Shown: piece by piece, positions 18,490-27,765 of the stretch | Layout of the letters: each line of letters starts with the position of its first letter | Numbering within the stretch: position 1 is the first letter of the stretch | Origin: a virus | Reading direction: 5' to 3' (one strand) | DNA length: 64,000 bases | Virus record (IMG/VR): IMGVR_UViG_3300049434_000028 | Coordinates: 38,798-102,797 of that record | Program-made: the position numbers and the translations under genes | Notes under the pieces: generated by a model | Databases searched by the model: none | Seen by the model: only the letters and a program-made list of their open reading frames with translations | Told to the model about the DNA's origin: nothing

Positions 18490-19308
18490 CTATGCCGGTG
18501 AGTAGCCCTCGACGCGCAGGATCACGCTATCTGGTGTAGGGGCCGCAACGTATGCGAGAGCGGCCTTGGCGAGCAGGGTCAGCGATCCGTACCCGAAGAA
18601 AAGAGGTGCGAGCTGACCGGCATTCGCCACCAACACGCCCTCGCCGGATAGAGCGACCGACGTGAAATTCGGCGCCCCCGACAACTTCAACACGCCGGTT
18701 CCGTTGAGCACGGCCACCGCGGGCCGCCCGACCACCAGCGAGCCGTAGCCCGCGAAGGTCGCATTGTTAGGTCCGCTCTCCGGGTTCGGCGCGGGCGGAT
18801 CGGCCGAGGCCACCGCTGCACCGTCGAACGTGCCGCTGCGTCGAAGCCAGATCGGCTTCGCCTGGTTCGGACCGATGGTGCCGAGCTGGATGCCCAGCGC
18901 CTTCGATGGTGCAAGCGAGAACGGCGATGCCAACGACGGAGCCGTGCCCTTATCAGGCACCTTTACCGCCTGCTCCTCGGCCGCGTTGATGCTGCTCGCC
19001 GGGTTGTCGTCCGGTGCGATGTCGATCGTCTGGCCGCCCGGCTTCTGGAACGTCAACCAGGCGACCGCATTGCTGAGCGGGTAGCGCGGATGCCGGTTGA
19101 CCACGAACACGCACTGGTAGTCCACCGCGTTCTGCGAGAACTCGACCGGCGTGGCGCTGGGGAACACCGCACCGATGACGCCGCCGTGGACGACCGACCG
19201 AGACACCCAACCGCCCAGACTCAGACCGGCCGCGCCATCGGCGGAATCGCCTGACGTAGCGTCAGGAACAGAGAGCCGGTACTCGATCTGGCTCGGGGCG
19301 ATGGCCAT
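18490..19308 (-). CDS. Virion protein with G-x-G-x-L repeats
   Basis: YQCVFVVN.H..IGPNQAKPIWLRR..DSVILRVEG. Confidence 0.6.
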   Translation of the reverse strand: MAIAPSQIEYRLSVPDATSGDSADGAAGLSLGGWVSRSVVHGGVIGAVFPSATPVEFSQNAVDYQCVFVVNRHPRYPLSNAVAWLTFQKPGGQTIDIAPDDNPASSINAAEEQAVKVPDKGTAPSLASPFSLAPSKALGIQLGTIGPNQAKPIWLRRSGTFDGAAVASADPPAPNPESGPNNATFAGYGSLVVGRPAVAVLNGTGVLKLSGAPNFTSVALSGEGVLVANAGQLAPLFFGYGSLTLLAKAALAYVAAPTPDSVILRVEGYSPA

Positions 19309-19319
19309 CTACTCCTGCT

Positions 19320-19829
19320 TCACCAGGTCAGGCCGCGCTCGTCCAGCCAGGACGCCACCCACCGCGGGACGCGGTAGCGGCGGCCTTCCAGGAACGTGAA
19401 CGTGTTGCCGTACCCGAGGGTGATGTCCTCCAGGTCGGTGTTGATGCGCACGACGACCTTCTCATTGAGGTATTCGACCGTCTGTGCGTGAACGACGCCG
19501 TTGGCCTGAGCCTGGGCCTGCGGGTCGGGAAGCTCCTCGATCTGCATCGTGGCGGTGCTGGATCCGATGAGACGCGGGGCGTCATCATCGTCGTCGTCCT
19601 CGTCCATGCGCGTCACCGCGCCGGAGTTAGCGTTGATGACCTCGCGGGTCTCCAGGTCGATGATGTCCTCGTCGACCGAACGTGCAGCGGCCTGCGTCAA
19701 CAAGCTGATCTCACCCTCACGGGCCTTGATCTCCTCCGAGTGCTCGCGCGCGAGTTCTTCCCGCTTGCGACCGGTGACGTCGCCAGGGCGCGCCTGACGA
19801 CCAGGACGGGTACGCGGCTGTGCTGTCAT
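19320..19829 (-). CDS. Capsid-associated hypothetical protein
   Basis: Directly after the MCP; C-terminal FLEGRRYRVPRWVA.WL.ERG. Confidence 0.6.
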   Translation of the reverse strand: MTAQPRTRPGRQARPGDVTGRKREELAREHSEEIKAREGEISLLTQAAARSVDEDIIDLETREVINANSGAVTRMDEDDDDDDAPRLIGSSTATMQIEELPDPQAQAQANGVVHAQTVEYLNEKVVVRINTDLEDITLGYGNTFTFLEGRRYRVPRWVASWLDERGLTW

Positions 19830-19930
19830 GAATGACTCCCTGAGTAGGTGTCCGATGCACCGCGGAGCCCATGCCTGGAATCAGCAGGAACGGACCCCGC
19901 GGCGGGATCACGGGTGAAACTGACGAACGG

Positions 19931-20917
19931 TCAGTTGGTCTCGCAGATCACGACGGAGTTGTCCGTAATCAGGCCAAATCCCCATATTGCATACCAGGCT
20001 AGGGCGTGCTCCCTGCCAAAATCGAGGATACCGCCATCTCTCAATTCGACAGGAAGCGAGATCGCGTGACCGAACGCATTGTCGCCCATGAAGATCGCCT
20101 GGTAGACATCGGACGCCGAGCCGCCAGCACCAACCAGCTTCTTGACCTGAGTGGTCTCGATGAAGACGACGTCCGCGATCCGGCCGATCTCGCCGAGCAT
20201 GAAGTTGCCGGGGGCCGCGTACTTCGTGACCTCGATGAACTCGGGGTCGTCACGCAGCTTGCGCGACTGGTGCGGGTGCACGAACGCGACGTAGGTCTCG
20301 CCGAGACGCGGGACATTCTTGGTCGCGAGGGTCTCCACGGCGTCCTTGATGGACGAGACGCGGAGCACGTACGCACCGGTCATCGCTGCACGGTTGGCAG
20401 CAACGGTGCCGTCGTCGTACGGCGAAGTCGGGGTGATCGCGCCGGTCGGGGGGAGGTAACCGAAGATGACCGACGTCGCCGTCAGGATCGTGTCGCGGGC
20501 CGAGCCGTCCAGGTACAGGGCCATGTTGCGGCCGAGCAGCCGGGAGGCCGACGCCATGACGTCGTCGAACGAAGCGTTGAGCAGCAGCTCGGAGACCGCG
20601 ATTGCATAGCCCTGCTCCGCGACGGTGATCTGATACTGCGACGCCGACAGCGCGTTGGTCTGCATGCGCACACCCTCAACGAGCTGCGAGGCAGCGCCGA
20701 GGTTGTTGTACCGCATGAAGTTGACCGTGAGACCGGGCTGCACGCCCAGCTCGGTCTTCTTGACCGCGAACTGCTCGAATCGCAGGATCGGCATGCTCTG
20801 GAACAAGATCTCCTTGCTCCAGATGCTCTGGATTGCCGCAGAGAGCTGCGCGTTCGCACCGGCATACGCGGTCGGACTCGCACTCAGGAACGGCGTACCG
20901 GTGATGGCTGATGCCAC
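19931..20917 (-). CDS. Major capsid protein (N4-gp56 family)
   Basis: WSKEILFQ..LRFEQFA, L.EGV, VHPHQ..LRDDPEF, GEIG, DFGRE. Confidence 0.92.
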   Translation of the reverse strand: MASAITGTPFLSASPTAYAGANAQLSAAIQSIWSKEILFQSMPILRFEQFAVKKTELGVQPGLTVNFMRYNNLGAASQLVEGVRMQTNALSASQYQITVAEQGYAIAVSELLLNASFDDVMASASRLLGRNMALYLDGSARDTILTATSVIFGYLPPTGAITPTSPYDDGTVAANRAAMTGAYVLRVSSIKDAVETLATKNVPRLGETYVAFVHPHQSRKLRDDPEFIEVTKYAAPGNFMLGEIGRIADVVFIETTQVKKLVGAGGSASDVYQAIFMGDNAFGHAISLPVELRDGGILDFGREHALAWYAIWGFGLITDNSVVICETN

Positions 20918-20989
20918 GCGGGGTCTACCTCCTTGGAAGGGGAGCCACTCGGTACCGAGTAACTCCAGGCTTGCTGGATCGGACGGTGG

Positions 20990-21847
20990 TTACCGCCCAC
21001 GTACTTGCTGACTTGCCGCTTCCAGCAGCCTGCCCCGGTTCTTCATGTACGTCGCCATGTCCATGTTGCTGATCTGCTCAGCAGTAAACGTTTCCTGTCC
21101 CGACTGGTTCTCCATTGGCCCAACTGGTGGTGCTGTCACCCCGGTGCCGCGAGCCTGCTGGCGTGCCTGCTGGTACGCACTCGCCTGCTCCTGCTGCGCC
21201 TGGGTGACCTGGCTGAGGATATTGCCCGTCGTCTCGATTGCGCGAGAGACGTTGGCGTCGATCTCTTCTATCGAGTTACCCGCTACCCAGGAATGCAGCT
21301 CCGGCATGATGTTGTCGCTCTCCTCCGCGAGCCGCCGTGCACGGTGCTCATTGAGGAGCTGGAACTGCCGCTCGCGTTCCAGCAGGGCGTCGCGCTGCGC
21401 AATCTGCGACTGCAGGTCCGACATCTGCGCGCTCCAGGCCTGCTGCGTCTCCTCCAGCTTCTGCTCGAAGCTGAGGTTCTTGACGCGCTCGGCCTCGGCC
21501 GCTGCCTCGGCATCCTTGCGCGCCTTCTCCTCCGCGGCCAGCCGGGCCTGGGTGTCGGCCTCGATCTTCTTGAGCCGCTCCTCCTGCTCCGTGATCTTGC
21601 CGTAGAGCTTGTCCTTCTCCTGCTTGCGCGCGGCCTCGATGTCGGCAGCCGTGAAGGTCTGGACGCCGCCGTTCTGCTGCGTCGGCGGGGGCTCGACCGG
21701 CACCGGTACCGGGAGCGGCGGGACTGTGATCGTGTTGCCCGCGGGCTCATTGCCGCCGCTGGCCCCGGCGATCGGGAAGATCGGCGTGCCGTTCTTGCGG
21801 TACCCGAGCACCTCGCGGGGGCCATGGGTAAGGATTCTGGGTCGCAT
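20990..21847 (-). CDS. Scaffolding protein
   Basis: FT.ADIE.ARKQEKDKLY coiled coil; C-terminal MDMATY.KNR; directly upstream of the MCP. Confidence 0.8.
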   Translation of the reverse strand: MRPRILTHGPREVLGYRKNGTPIFPIAGASGGNEPAGNTITVPPLPVPVPVEPPPTQQNGGVQTFTAADIEAARKQEKDKLYGKITEQEERLKKIEADTQARLAAEEKARKDAEAAAEAERVKNLSFEQKLEETQQAWSAQMSDLQSQIAQRDALLERERQFQLLNEHRARRLAEESDNIMPELHSWVAGNSIEEIDANVSRAIETTGNILSQVTQAQQEQASAYQQARQQARGTGVTAPPVGPMENQSGQETFTAEQISNMDMATYMKNRGRLLEAASQQVRGR

Positions 21848-21934
21848 GTATCCGTCCTTCGCGTGTCCGTAGGCCCTGACGGGCCGAGCAGTGGCATGCA
21901 CGCTAGCTGGACGGCACGCAAGGGTGTGCGAGGG

Positions 21935-22648
21935 TTACTCGCCTGCCACGCGCCGGGTAGAGCGGCCAGTGATGGAGGTCTTCAACGCCGCTCGCCACTC
22001 GGGGTACTTCTCGCCGAACGTGGACTTCTCCCCCGCGGCGGTCCTGGTGATGACGTAGCCGCCTTTGGACATCCGGAACGGTTTCGAGCAGCGCTGCATG
22101 TAGTCCAGCATCGCGCCCTGATGCGCCTGCGGATCCCCCCAGGCCGGAGTGACGAAATTGCTGACCGTTACCGGCGTCGCTGCCGCAGTCCCATGGGTAA
22201 CGTTGATGACGTAGGAGTCGGACTCCACCGGGTCGCACACCTCAGCGGCGTAGAGCACGCCCGAGCCGTTGTCCCACCACCCATTGCACCGCGGGTCGAC
22301 GAACCATTCGAGCACCTCGTGCGAGAGCACGCTGGCCACCGAGAGGGTGTTGGTCAAGGCGTTGCCCCCGTTGTCCAGCACCGGCCCAGCGAAGACCCGG
22401 CCGTACTGCGTGCCGTCAGGATCCTCGGTGTGCCAGCCGAGCGCGCCTTCCTGGTCGCTGTCGTCGAACACGCCGAGCACCACCGCACTCGGCGGGATGT
22501 GCGCGGTATCGGGGTAGTAAATGACCGGGATCGGGAGCAGGCCCCACAACGGCGCGGCATGCAGGCGAAGCTGAGTCGCGCACGCACGAGTCATCGTTGC
22601 GACGTCGTTGTTGCTGACCCGAGTGGACTTGTTGACGATAGCCAACAC
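21935..22648 (-). CDS. Putative zincin-like protein (SHExxE..DP, EvcDP)
   Basis: GALGWH, VLSHEVLEWFVDP, EVCDPVE, VSNFV.P.W. Confidence 0.55.
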   Translation of the reverse strand: MLAIVNKSTRVSNNDVATMTRACATQLRLHAAPLWGLLPIPVIYYPDTAHIPPSAVVLGVFDDSDQEGALGWHTEDPDGTQYGRVFAGPVLDNGGNALTNTLSVASVLSHEVLEWFVDPRCNGWWDNGSGVLYAAEVCDPVESDSYVINVTHGTAAATPVTVSNFVTPAWGDPQAHQGAMLDYMQRCSKPFRMSKGGYVITRTAAGEKSTFGEKYPEWRAALKTSITGRSTRRVAGE

Positions 22649-22656
22649 GGCGAATC

Positions 22657-24369
22657 CTAATCGTTGTCGTCGTTAGCAGGGTTGCGCCGCTGCGAGAGCT
22701 TTGTGCCATAGGCGCGCGTGTTGAGCTGATTGACCATCTCGCCCACCTCAGGCGGGAGCGCAACCGGCTGGGTGACCGCCGGAGCCCCACCGCCTGCACC
22801 CCCGCCCGCGGTGCTGACACCAGCGCCGCCCGCACTGGTGACATCCGGCTGCGGCCCGTCCGGGCTGGGAAGCATGCCCGTCTCCGACAACACCGCTGCC
22901 GAGATCTGACTCTTCAACATATCGAGCGCGCCCTGGTCAATCGCGTCCTCGACCAACTCCAAGAAGATCTCCCGGCTCTTGTTATCGGGGAACTCCTCGC
23001 CCAGCTCGCGCAGCGCGCCGCGCTTGGACTCCAGACCGAGCGCCATCTTCATCTGCACCTCGTTGAGCTTGATGAGGATGTCGACGGGCAGCGGCGGCGG
23101 CCAGTGGCATTCGGTCTGGTAGGTGACCGGGTCGTCCGGGTCCAGTACCGGGAGCTGACCATCCTTCAGTTCGTCGCTCTCGCTGGGATCCCACTGGAAC
23201 GTGAGCGGTTCCTTGACGGCCAGCGTGCGCAGGATCAGCTCGTTGACGCGTCGGATGCCCTGCCCGTAGTTCGTCGTCTTCTGCCGGTAGCGCTGCATCA
23301 TCGGCGTGTACTGGATCGCCAGCGCGACGCCGGAGGTGTTGCTGATCGGCTGCACGTCGCCGAGCGCACCCTCGGGAACACCGGTCAACTCGTGCATGCT
23401 CTTCTTCAGCATCGCGAGGTAGTCCATGGGGCCGCCGAGGTTCGCGCCCAGCTCCAGGTTGAATACCTGCGCGTCCTTCGGCAGTCCGCCCCAAACCTTC
23501 TTGGGGCCCTTCTCCAACTGCGACGCCTTCGCTCCGGTGATCACCGTCACGGGCGCAGCGTGGTAGTTGATGATGTCCGAGACGTCGGTGGCCTTCTCGT
23601 TGTACTCGCGGTTCAGCGAGATGATGCCGCCGATGTCCGAGAGCCCCCACGGCGAGCCGGAGACCTTGGTGTTGGGGATGTGCACGACGGGGATGACGCC
23701 CAGCGGGTTCGGGCGCGCATCGAGCAGCTCGTCGTTGATGTACTCCTCGATCTGAGTGTCCGTCAGGATCTCGGTATAGGTGAAAACCTGACGCGTACCG
23801 TCCGCCGTCGTGCCCCAGAACTTGTACTTGAGCTTGAAGCGCAGGAGTCGGTTGCGGTCATGCGGATGGAACTCGGGGAAGGCATGCGCGCCGTTGATCG
23901 GAAGGACACGCACGCGACCGGCGTGGAACCCACCGGCCGGGTCCACCCACGGCTCCTCGTACGCGACCTTGATGAAGCAGTCGCCGGAGACACCACCGAG
24001 CTGGCCCAGCTCCAGCAGCAGCGACTCCTTGTCGTTGTCGACCTCCCACACGCGCGAGAGCAACGACGGCACGATCGCCGACGTCGCGAGCGGCGTGCGG
24101 AAGTAGACCCCGCGGCCGAAGCAGAAGTTGTTGATGAACGACGCGAAAGCCTCGACGTAGTTGAACGTGAGCTGGGGCTCGCCCATCTCCCGCCGATGAC
24201 TCCAGTGATGACCGAGGAACCAGGCCCAGTTCTGCGCGTACCGGTTGAGCCGCGGGCCGTGTACCTCGAACTCCTCATCGGCCAGCTCTACCAGGCCGAG
24301 CGGAGAGATCGAGACCGTGAGGTCACCGGAGGACGCACGGAAGGACGGCGAGACGAAGTCGACGCTCAC
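22657..24369 (-). CDS. Portal protein
   Basis: IPVVHIPN..G.SDI..I..LN.EYN; SNTSGVAL; size and position. Confidence 0.9.
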   Translation of the reverse strand: MSVDFVSPSFRASSGDLTVSISPLGLVELADEEFEVHGPRLNRYAQNWAWFLGHHWSHRREMGEPQLTFNYVEAFASFINNFCFGRGVYFRTPLATSAIVPSLLSRVWEVDNDKESLLLELGQLGGVSGDCFIKVAYEEPWVDPAGGFHAGRVRVLPINGAHAFPEFHPHDRNRLLRFKLKYKFWGTTADGTRQVFTYTEILTDTQIEEYINDELLDARPNPLGVIPVVHIPNTKVSGSPWGLSDIGGIISLNREYNEKATDVSDIINYHAAPVTVITGAKASQLEKGPKKVWGGLPKDAQVFNLELGANLGGPMDYLAMLKKSMHELTGVPEGALGDVQPISNTSGVALAIQYTPMMQRYRQKTTNYGQGIRRVNELILRTLAVKEPLTFQWDPSESDELKDGQLPVLDPDDPVTYQTECHWPPPLPVDILIKLNEVQMKMALGLESKRGALRELGEEFPDNKSREIFLELVEDAIDQGALDMLKSQISAAVLSETGMLPSPDGPQPDVTSAGGAGVSTAGGGAGGGAPAVTQPVALPPEVGEMVNQLNTRAYGTKLSQRRNPANDDND

Positions 24370-24372
24370 GAG

Positions 24373-24762
24373 CTAGCTCCACTGCCCCTGAACGCCGCCG
24401 CGCTTGCCGAACTGCAGCCGGTGGAACACGTCAGGGTCGTGCGTGCCGTCGGCCTTGATCGGGTGCAGGTCCATGTAGGCGGTGTTGTCCACGCTCGGGG
24501 TGTGAAACGACTCCTCGCCCCCGCGGGTGAGCACACCGTCGTGGGCGACCTGCAGCTTGATCGCGGTCTGACGGAAGTTGTACCCGCTGTCCCGACGCTG
24601 CACGAACGCCTCCCGCGCGGCCTTGCGGCTGGGGAAGTGCTCCAGGTCGTCGTGCGACGGCTCGGCGTAGCTGCTCCCGCCGTGCCAGCGCGCGGCGTAG
24701 CCCTTGGTCACCTTTGCCTCGGCAGGCGTCGGAGCGCGGCGGTCATTGAACAACTGCGGCAT
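24373..24762 (-). CDS. Hypothetical protein (N-terminal FNDRR)
   Basis: RBS; W.GGSSY motif. Confidence 0.55.
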   Translation of the reverse strand: MPQLFNDRRAPTPAEAKVTKGYAARWHGGSSYAEPSHDDLEHFPSRKAAREAFVQRRDSGYNFRQTAIKLQVAHDGVLTRGGEESFHTPSVDNTAYMDLHPIKADGTHDPDVFHRLQFGKRGGVQGQWS

Positions 24763-24764
24763 GG

Positions 24765-24977
24765 TCAGCCCCTTCCGTACATCTTCAGCGTGCGCGGGGT
24801 GAGCTTGGCAAGTTCCTCGCGCGGCCGGTCGTAGTTGGCCTTGCCGCAGTCCATGCAGTACGGCTCTCCACCGTCCCGCGAGATGTGCGTGGCGGGCTTG
24901 GCGCAGTAGTCGCAGGTCATCTCCTGCGGGCCAGCGGGAGCGGCAGTACGCGAGACGCGGCGATCGTTGAACTCCAT
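24765..24977 (-). CDS. Small Zn-finger protein (N-terminal FNDRR)
   Basis: CDYC..YCMDC. Confidence 0.55.
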   Translation of the reverse strand: MEFNDRRVSRTAAPAGPQEMTCDYCAKPATHISRDGGEPYCMDCGKANYDRPREELAKLTPRTLKMYGRG

Positions 24978-24984
24978 ACGAGAG

Positions 24985-25356
24985 CTACCTCTTCGCCTTC
25001 TGGATCTTGCCCCTGGCCGAGGCCTTGAGCTGCTTGATGTCGATCGCGGTGACGTTCAACGACCGGCCGACGTCGGCAGTCCCCCAGTGCATGGAGTGGT
25101 AGCCCGCCTGGCCGTACTTGACGCCGAGCGCGTGCTGGTACTGCGCCAGCGCCATGCCGGTGTCCGGTGCGGGGAGCGAGCTGCCGGTCTTGGAGTCCCA
25201 GATGTGCGGCGTCCGGTCCGGGCCGACGACGTGCCACTTGTTCGGGCCACCGCCCGGCGCCCAGAGCTGGCCCTGCGTGCCGTCATGCAGCGGCACCATG
25301 TCTCCGGCCTTGGGCGCCGCGCGACCCTGGCCCTCGGAGAACGCCTGGTTGCGCAT
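24985..25356 (-). CDS. Hypothetical protein
   Basis: Coupled ORF. Confidence 0.55.
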   Translation of the reverse strand: MRNQAFSEGQGRAAPKAGDMVPLHDGTQGQLWAPGGGPNKWHVVGPDRTPHIWDSKTGSSLPAPDTGMALAQYQHALGVKYGQAGYHSMHWGTADVGRSLNVTAIDIKQLKASARGKIQKAKR

Positions 25357-25754
25357 CAGTCGACGACGAGCGCGGGGTTCACCCGGCTGTACCGGCCGCC
25401 GGAGCGGTCCGCCATGACGTACTCGATCTGGTTGCCCTCGCCCGCGCCGGACGCGTAGTCCGAGAGGTACTGCGGGCTCTCGACCCAGGCCGCCGAACCG
25501 ACGTGGGCGCGCTCGGCCATCGTCTCATTGGCGTGCTTGTACTGGGTGTCGGGGTTAACGCTGCTCGTCGTCCCCGGTGCCGGGCTCGTGGCCTCCATCA
25601 TCCCGCGCTGGAAGTCGTTGGGGACGTCCGTGTCGGTCGCGATGCCCTCCTCGAACCGCAGCGGGCCGCGCAGGCCGGGCTGGCCGAGGGCCATCTTGCG
25701 CTCGTACGTGTAGGGAGCGACCTCCGGGAATCCGGGGTTCGGTGCGATGCCCAT
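25356..25754 (-). CDS. Probable virion protein
   Basis: GPLRFEEGIATDTDVPNDF..ERAHVGSAAW; AGGAG RBS. Confidence 0.6.
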   Translation of the reverse strand: MGIAPNPGFPEVAPYTYERKMALGQPGLRGPLRFEEGIATDTDVPNDFQRGMMEATSPAPGTTSSVNPDTQYKHANETMAERAHVGSAAWVESPQYLSDYASGAGEGNQIEYVMADRSGGRYSRVNPALVVD

Positions 25755-25838
25755 GGTTCTTCTCCTGCCGTCGATGCATGCCGGTACCTACCGGCGAGCA
25801 TAGAGCGCTGCAGGAATCAAGCCGTCGAGAGCGACGGG

Positions 25839-26060
25839 CTACTCGACCGGCGTGAACCCCTTCAGGGACACCGTTCCGTGCTGGTCCTGGCTGTAGTGCA
25901 ACTCGACCATGCCGTCCGGCCAATCCGGCCCGGTGACGGACACTACGTAGACGTGCCGCCCGTTGCCGACTGGTGCGCGGGTGATCTCGCCCAGCTCCGT
26001 GCCCTCAGGCAGGTCCAGCAGGTGCGCGAAGACATCCGGGTCCATCTTGAACTTGGCCAT
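25839..26060 (-). CDS. Hypothetical protein
   Basis: Protein-like ORF preceded by the CTCGGACCA leader motif. Confidence 0.55.
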   Translation of the reverse strand: MAKFKMDPDVFAHLLDLPEGTELGEITRAPVGNGRHVYVVSVTGPDWPDGMVELHYSQDQHGTVSLKGFTPVE

Positions 26061-26095
26061 GCGTGATACCCCAAAATCGTGGTCCGAGGGCTCTA

Positions 26096-26854
26096 TTAGA
26101 GCATCTTCGCGCCGGGGAACTGGCTGGAATGGAACTCCCGCGCCTGCGCCAGCGCACCGGAGTGGAACGCGGCGGTACGGCGACCAACGAGAGGCGTGAT
26201 CGGCTGCGCCAGGTGTGCGGGTAGCAAAGCCACCTTCTGCGCCTGGAAGTTGCCCCCGCCGCCCGCGCTGATGAACGCGCTGTTCTGCCCGCGGGTCTCG
26301 GTGGCCATGGCACGGCGCGCGGTCGGGGAGTACATGCTGCTGTGCATCTGGAACGCCGCCTCCTCGCCGTGGCGGTCGAACCCGCGGCCGGTGCCGCCGT
26401 GGCCGAAGGCGTCGTGCACGGCGCGGAACTGGTCGTTCTGCAGGTTGGAGAAGTACGGGTGGCTGCCGCTGGCGGCCGTGGAGTAGACCTCCAGGTGCTT
26501 GTTCTCGTGCAGGTCGCGCATCATGTCGGCCGGGCCCTTGTAGGGGTCCTTCGTGCTGACATCCACCTGCACGCCGAGCCCACCGCGCCGGACCGGCTTG
26601 GTGAGGTGGTCGAACTGCTTCTCGGTCTCGTGCGCCATCGCCTTGAAGTGGGGGACTGCCCGCTCGTCGAAGTCCGGCAGCGCCCCGTACGCCTGCGCAG
26701 CGGCCTTAGTGACGTCCGGGTGCGCGACGACGGAGCGGAAGGTGCTCACGTCCGGCCGAGCCAACCCCTGGCGCGCGGCGTAGTCGCGAGCGCCCATGGC
26801 GATGTGCGGGTTGACCTGCCCGGCCCCGCCGAAGAAATGTGCGGTGCGGCTCAC
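26096..26854 (-). CDS. HDxxGH putative metal-binding domain of the type seen in phage polyvalent proteins
   Basis: NDQFRAVHDAFGH..F.RHGEEAA..H..MYS..AR.AMATETRGQNS. Confidence 0.6.
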   Translation of the reverse strand: MSRTAHFFGGAGQVNPHIAMGARDYAARQGLARPDVSTFRSVVAHPDVTKAAAQAYGALPDFDERAVPHFKAMAHETEKQFDHLTKPVRRGGLGVQVDVSTKDPYKGPADMMRDLHENKHLEVYSTAASGSHPYFSNLQNDQFRAVHDAFGHGGTGRGFDRHGEEAAFQMHSSMYSPTARRAMATETRGQNSAFISAGGGGNFQAQKVALLPAHLAQPITPLVGRRTAAFHSGALAQAREFHSSQFPGAKML

Positions 26855-27765
26855 TGAACGACTCCTGACGGGAAGTGGTTGAAGCGCGGACTCGTAGAGG
26901 CCGATCTCTGCAGCCCACGCTGAGCCAGGAATCTCTCCCCGCCACGCTCCTTGCGCCGCTGCGCCTCCTCGTGACCAGGGACCTGCCGCTCCAGGTGATC
27001 GGGTGCGTCGTTGGCGTAACTCCAGTGGTGCTCGCCATTCCCGCTCGCGAAGCGCGCCAGCAGCTCCGTCTGCTGCCCCTGCGCCGGGGTAGACCGCCGG
27101 TCCCGCCAGTTCGAGTGCTCTGGTGCTCCTGCTGCGCGCATCGTCCTGAACGTCCGACGGAAGTCGTTGCTGGCTGCGGGCGACTCCTCCTTCCCGGCCC
27201 ACCCTTCCGGCCCACGGTCGATCTGCACCGGCTTGACGCGCCGATCACGGAAGTGAGTCTCCGCGTAATTCTCGGCAAAGCCCTCTTCAGCCCCTCGCGT
27301 GGTCGGCGTGTTGTAGGCCGAGTGCTCGCTCTGGTCGATACGTGCGCTGACGTGGTGCCCGATCTCATGGATCGTCGTCGTGCTCGCAGCCCTGCCAGGC
27401 GCGATGCGCATCAACCCGAGCGCCCGACCCTGCTTCTGGTAGTCGCCCGAACGGCCATCGCCCACTGCGGTAACGGCCGAGTCGTGGTAGTTGGCGTAGA
27501 GCCCATCGAGATGCGATGCAGGAACGGTGCTCCGCGCGATCGTCTCCACTCCCCTGCGCGCTTCCTCACTGATAGCCCCACGGCCGGATGGCCATCCGCT
27601 CGTCGGGCCGGTGACCTCGTCACGTCGCTGCGGGGAGTACCCCCGAGGCCAGGGCTTCCCGGTGGCCGGAGTCGGGTTGCCTCCCTGGAACAACGTCCCC
27701 TGACTGTTCGCAGACGCTTTCATGTTCGTGTGCATGCGAAACTGAGCACCCGTCAGCGCAACCAT
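26851..27765 (-). CDS. HExxH metallopeptidase, paralog C
   Basis: TTTIHEIGHHVS..EEGFAENYAE. Confidence 0.7.
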   Translation of the reverse strand: MVALTGAQFRMHTNMKASANSQGTLFQGGNPTPATGKPWPRGYSPQRRDEVTGPTSGWPSGRGAISEEARRGVETIARSTVPASHLDGLYANYHDSAVTAVGDGRSGDYQKQGRALGLMRIAPGRAASTTTIHEIGHHVSARIDQSEHSAYNTPTTRGAEEGFAENYAETHFRDRRVKPVQIDRGPEGWAGKEESPAASNDFRRTFRTMRAAGAPEHSNWRDRRSTPAQGQQTELLARFASGNGEHHWSYANDAPDHLERQVPGHEEAQRRKERGGERFLAQRGLQRSASTSPRFNHFPSGVVQ

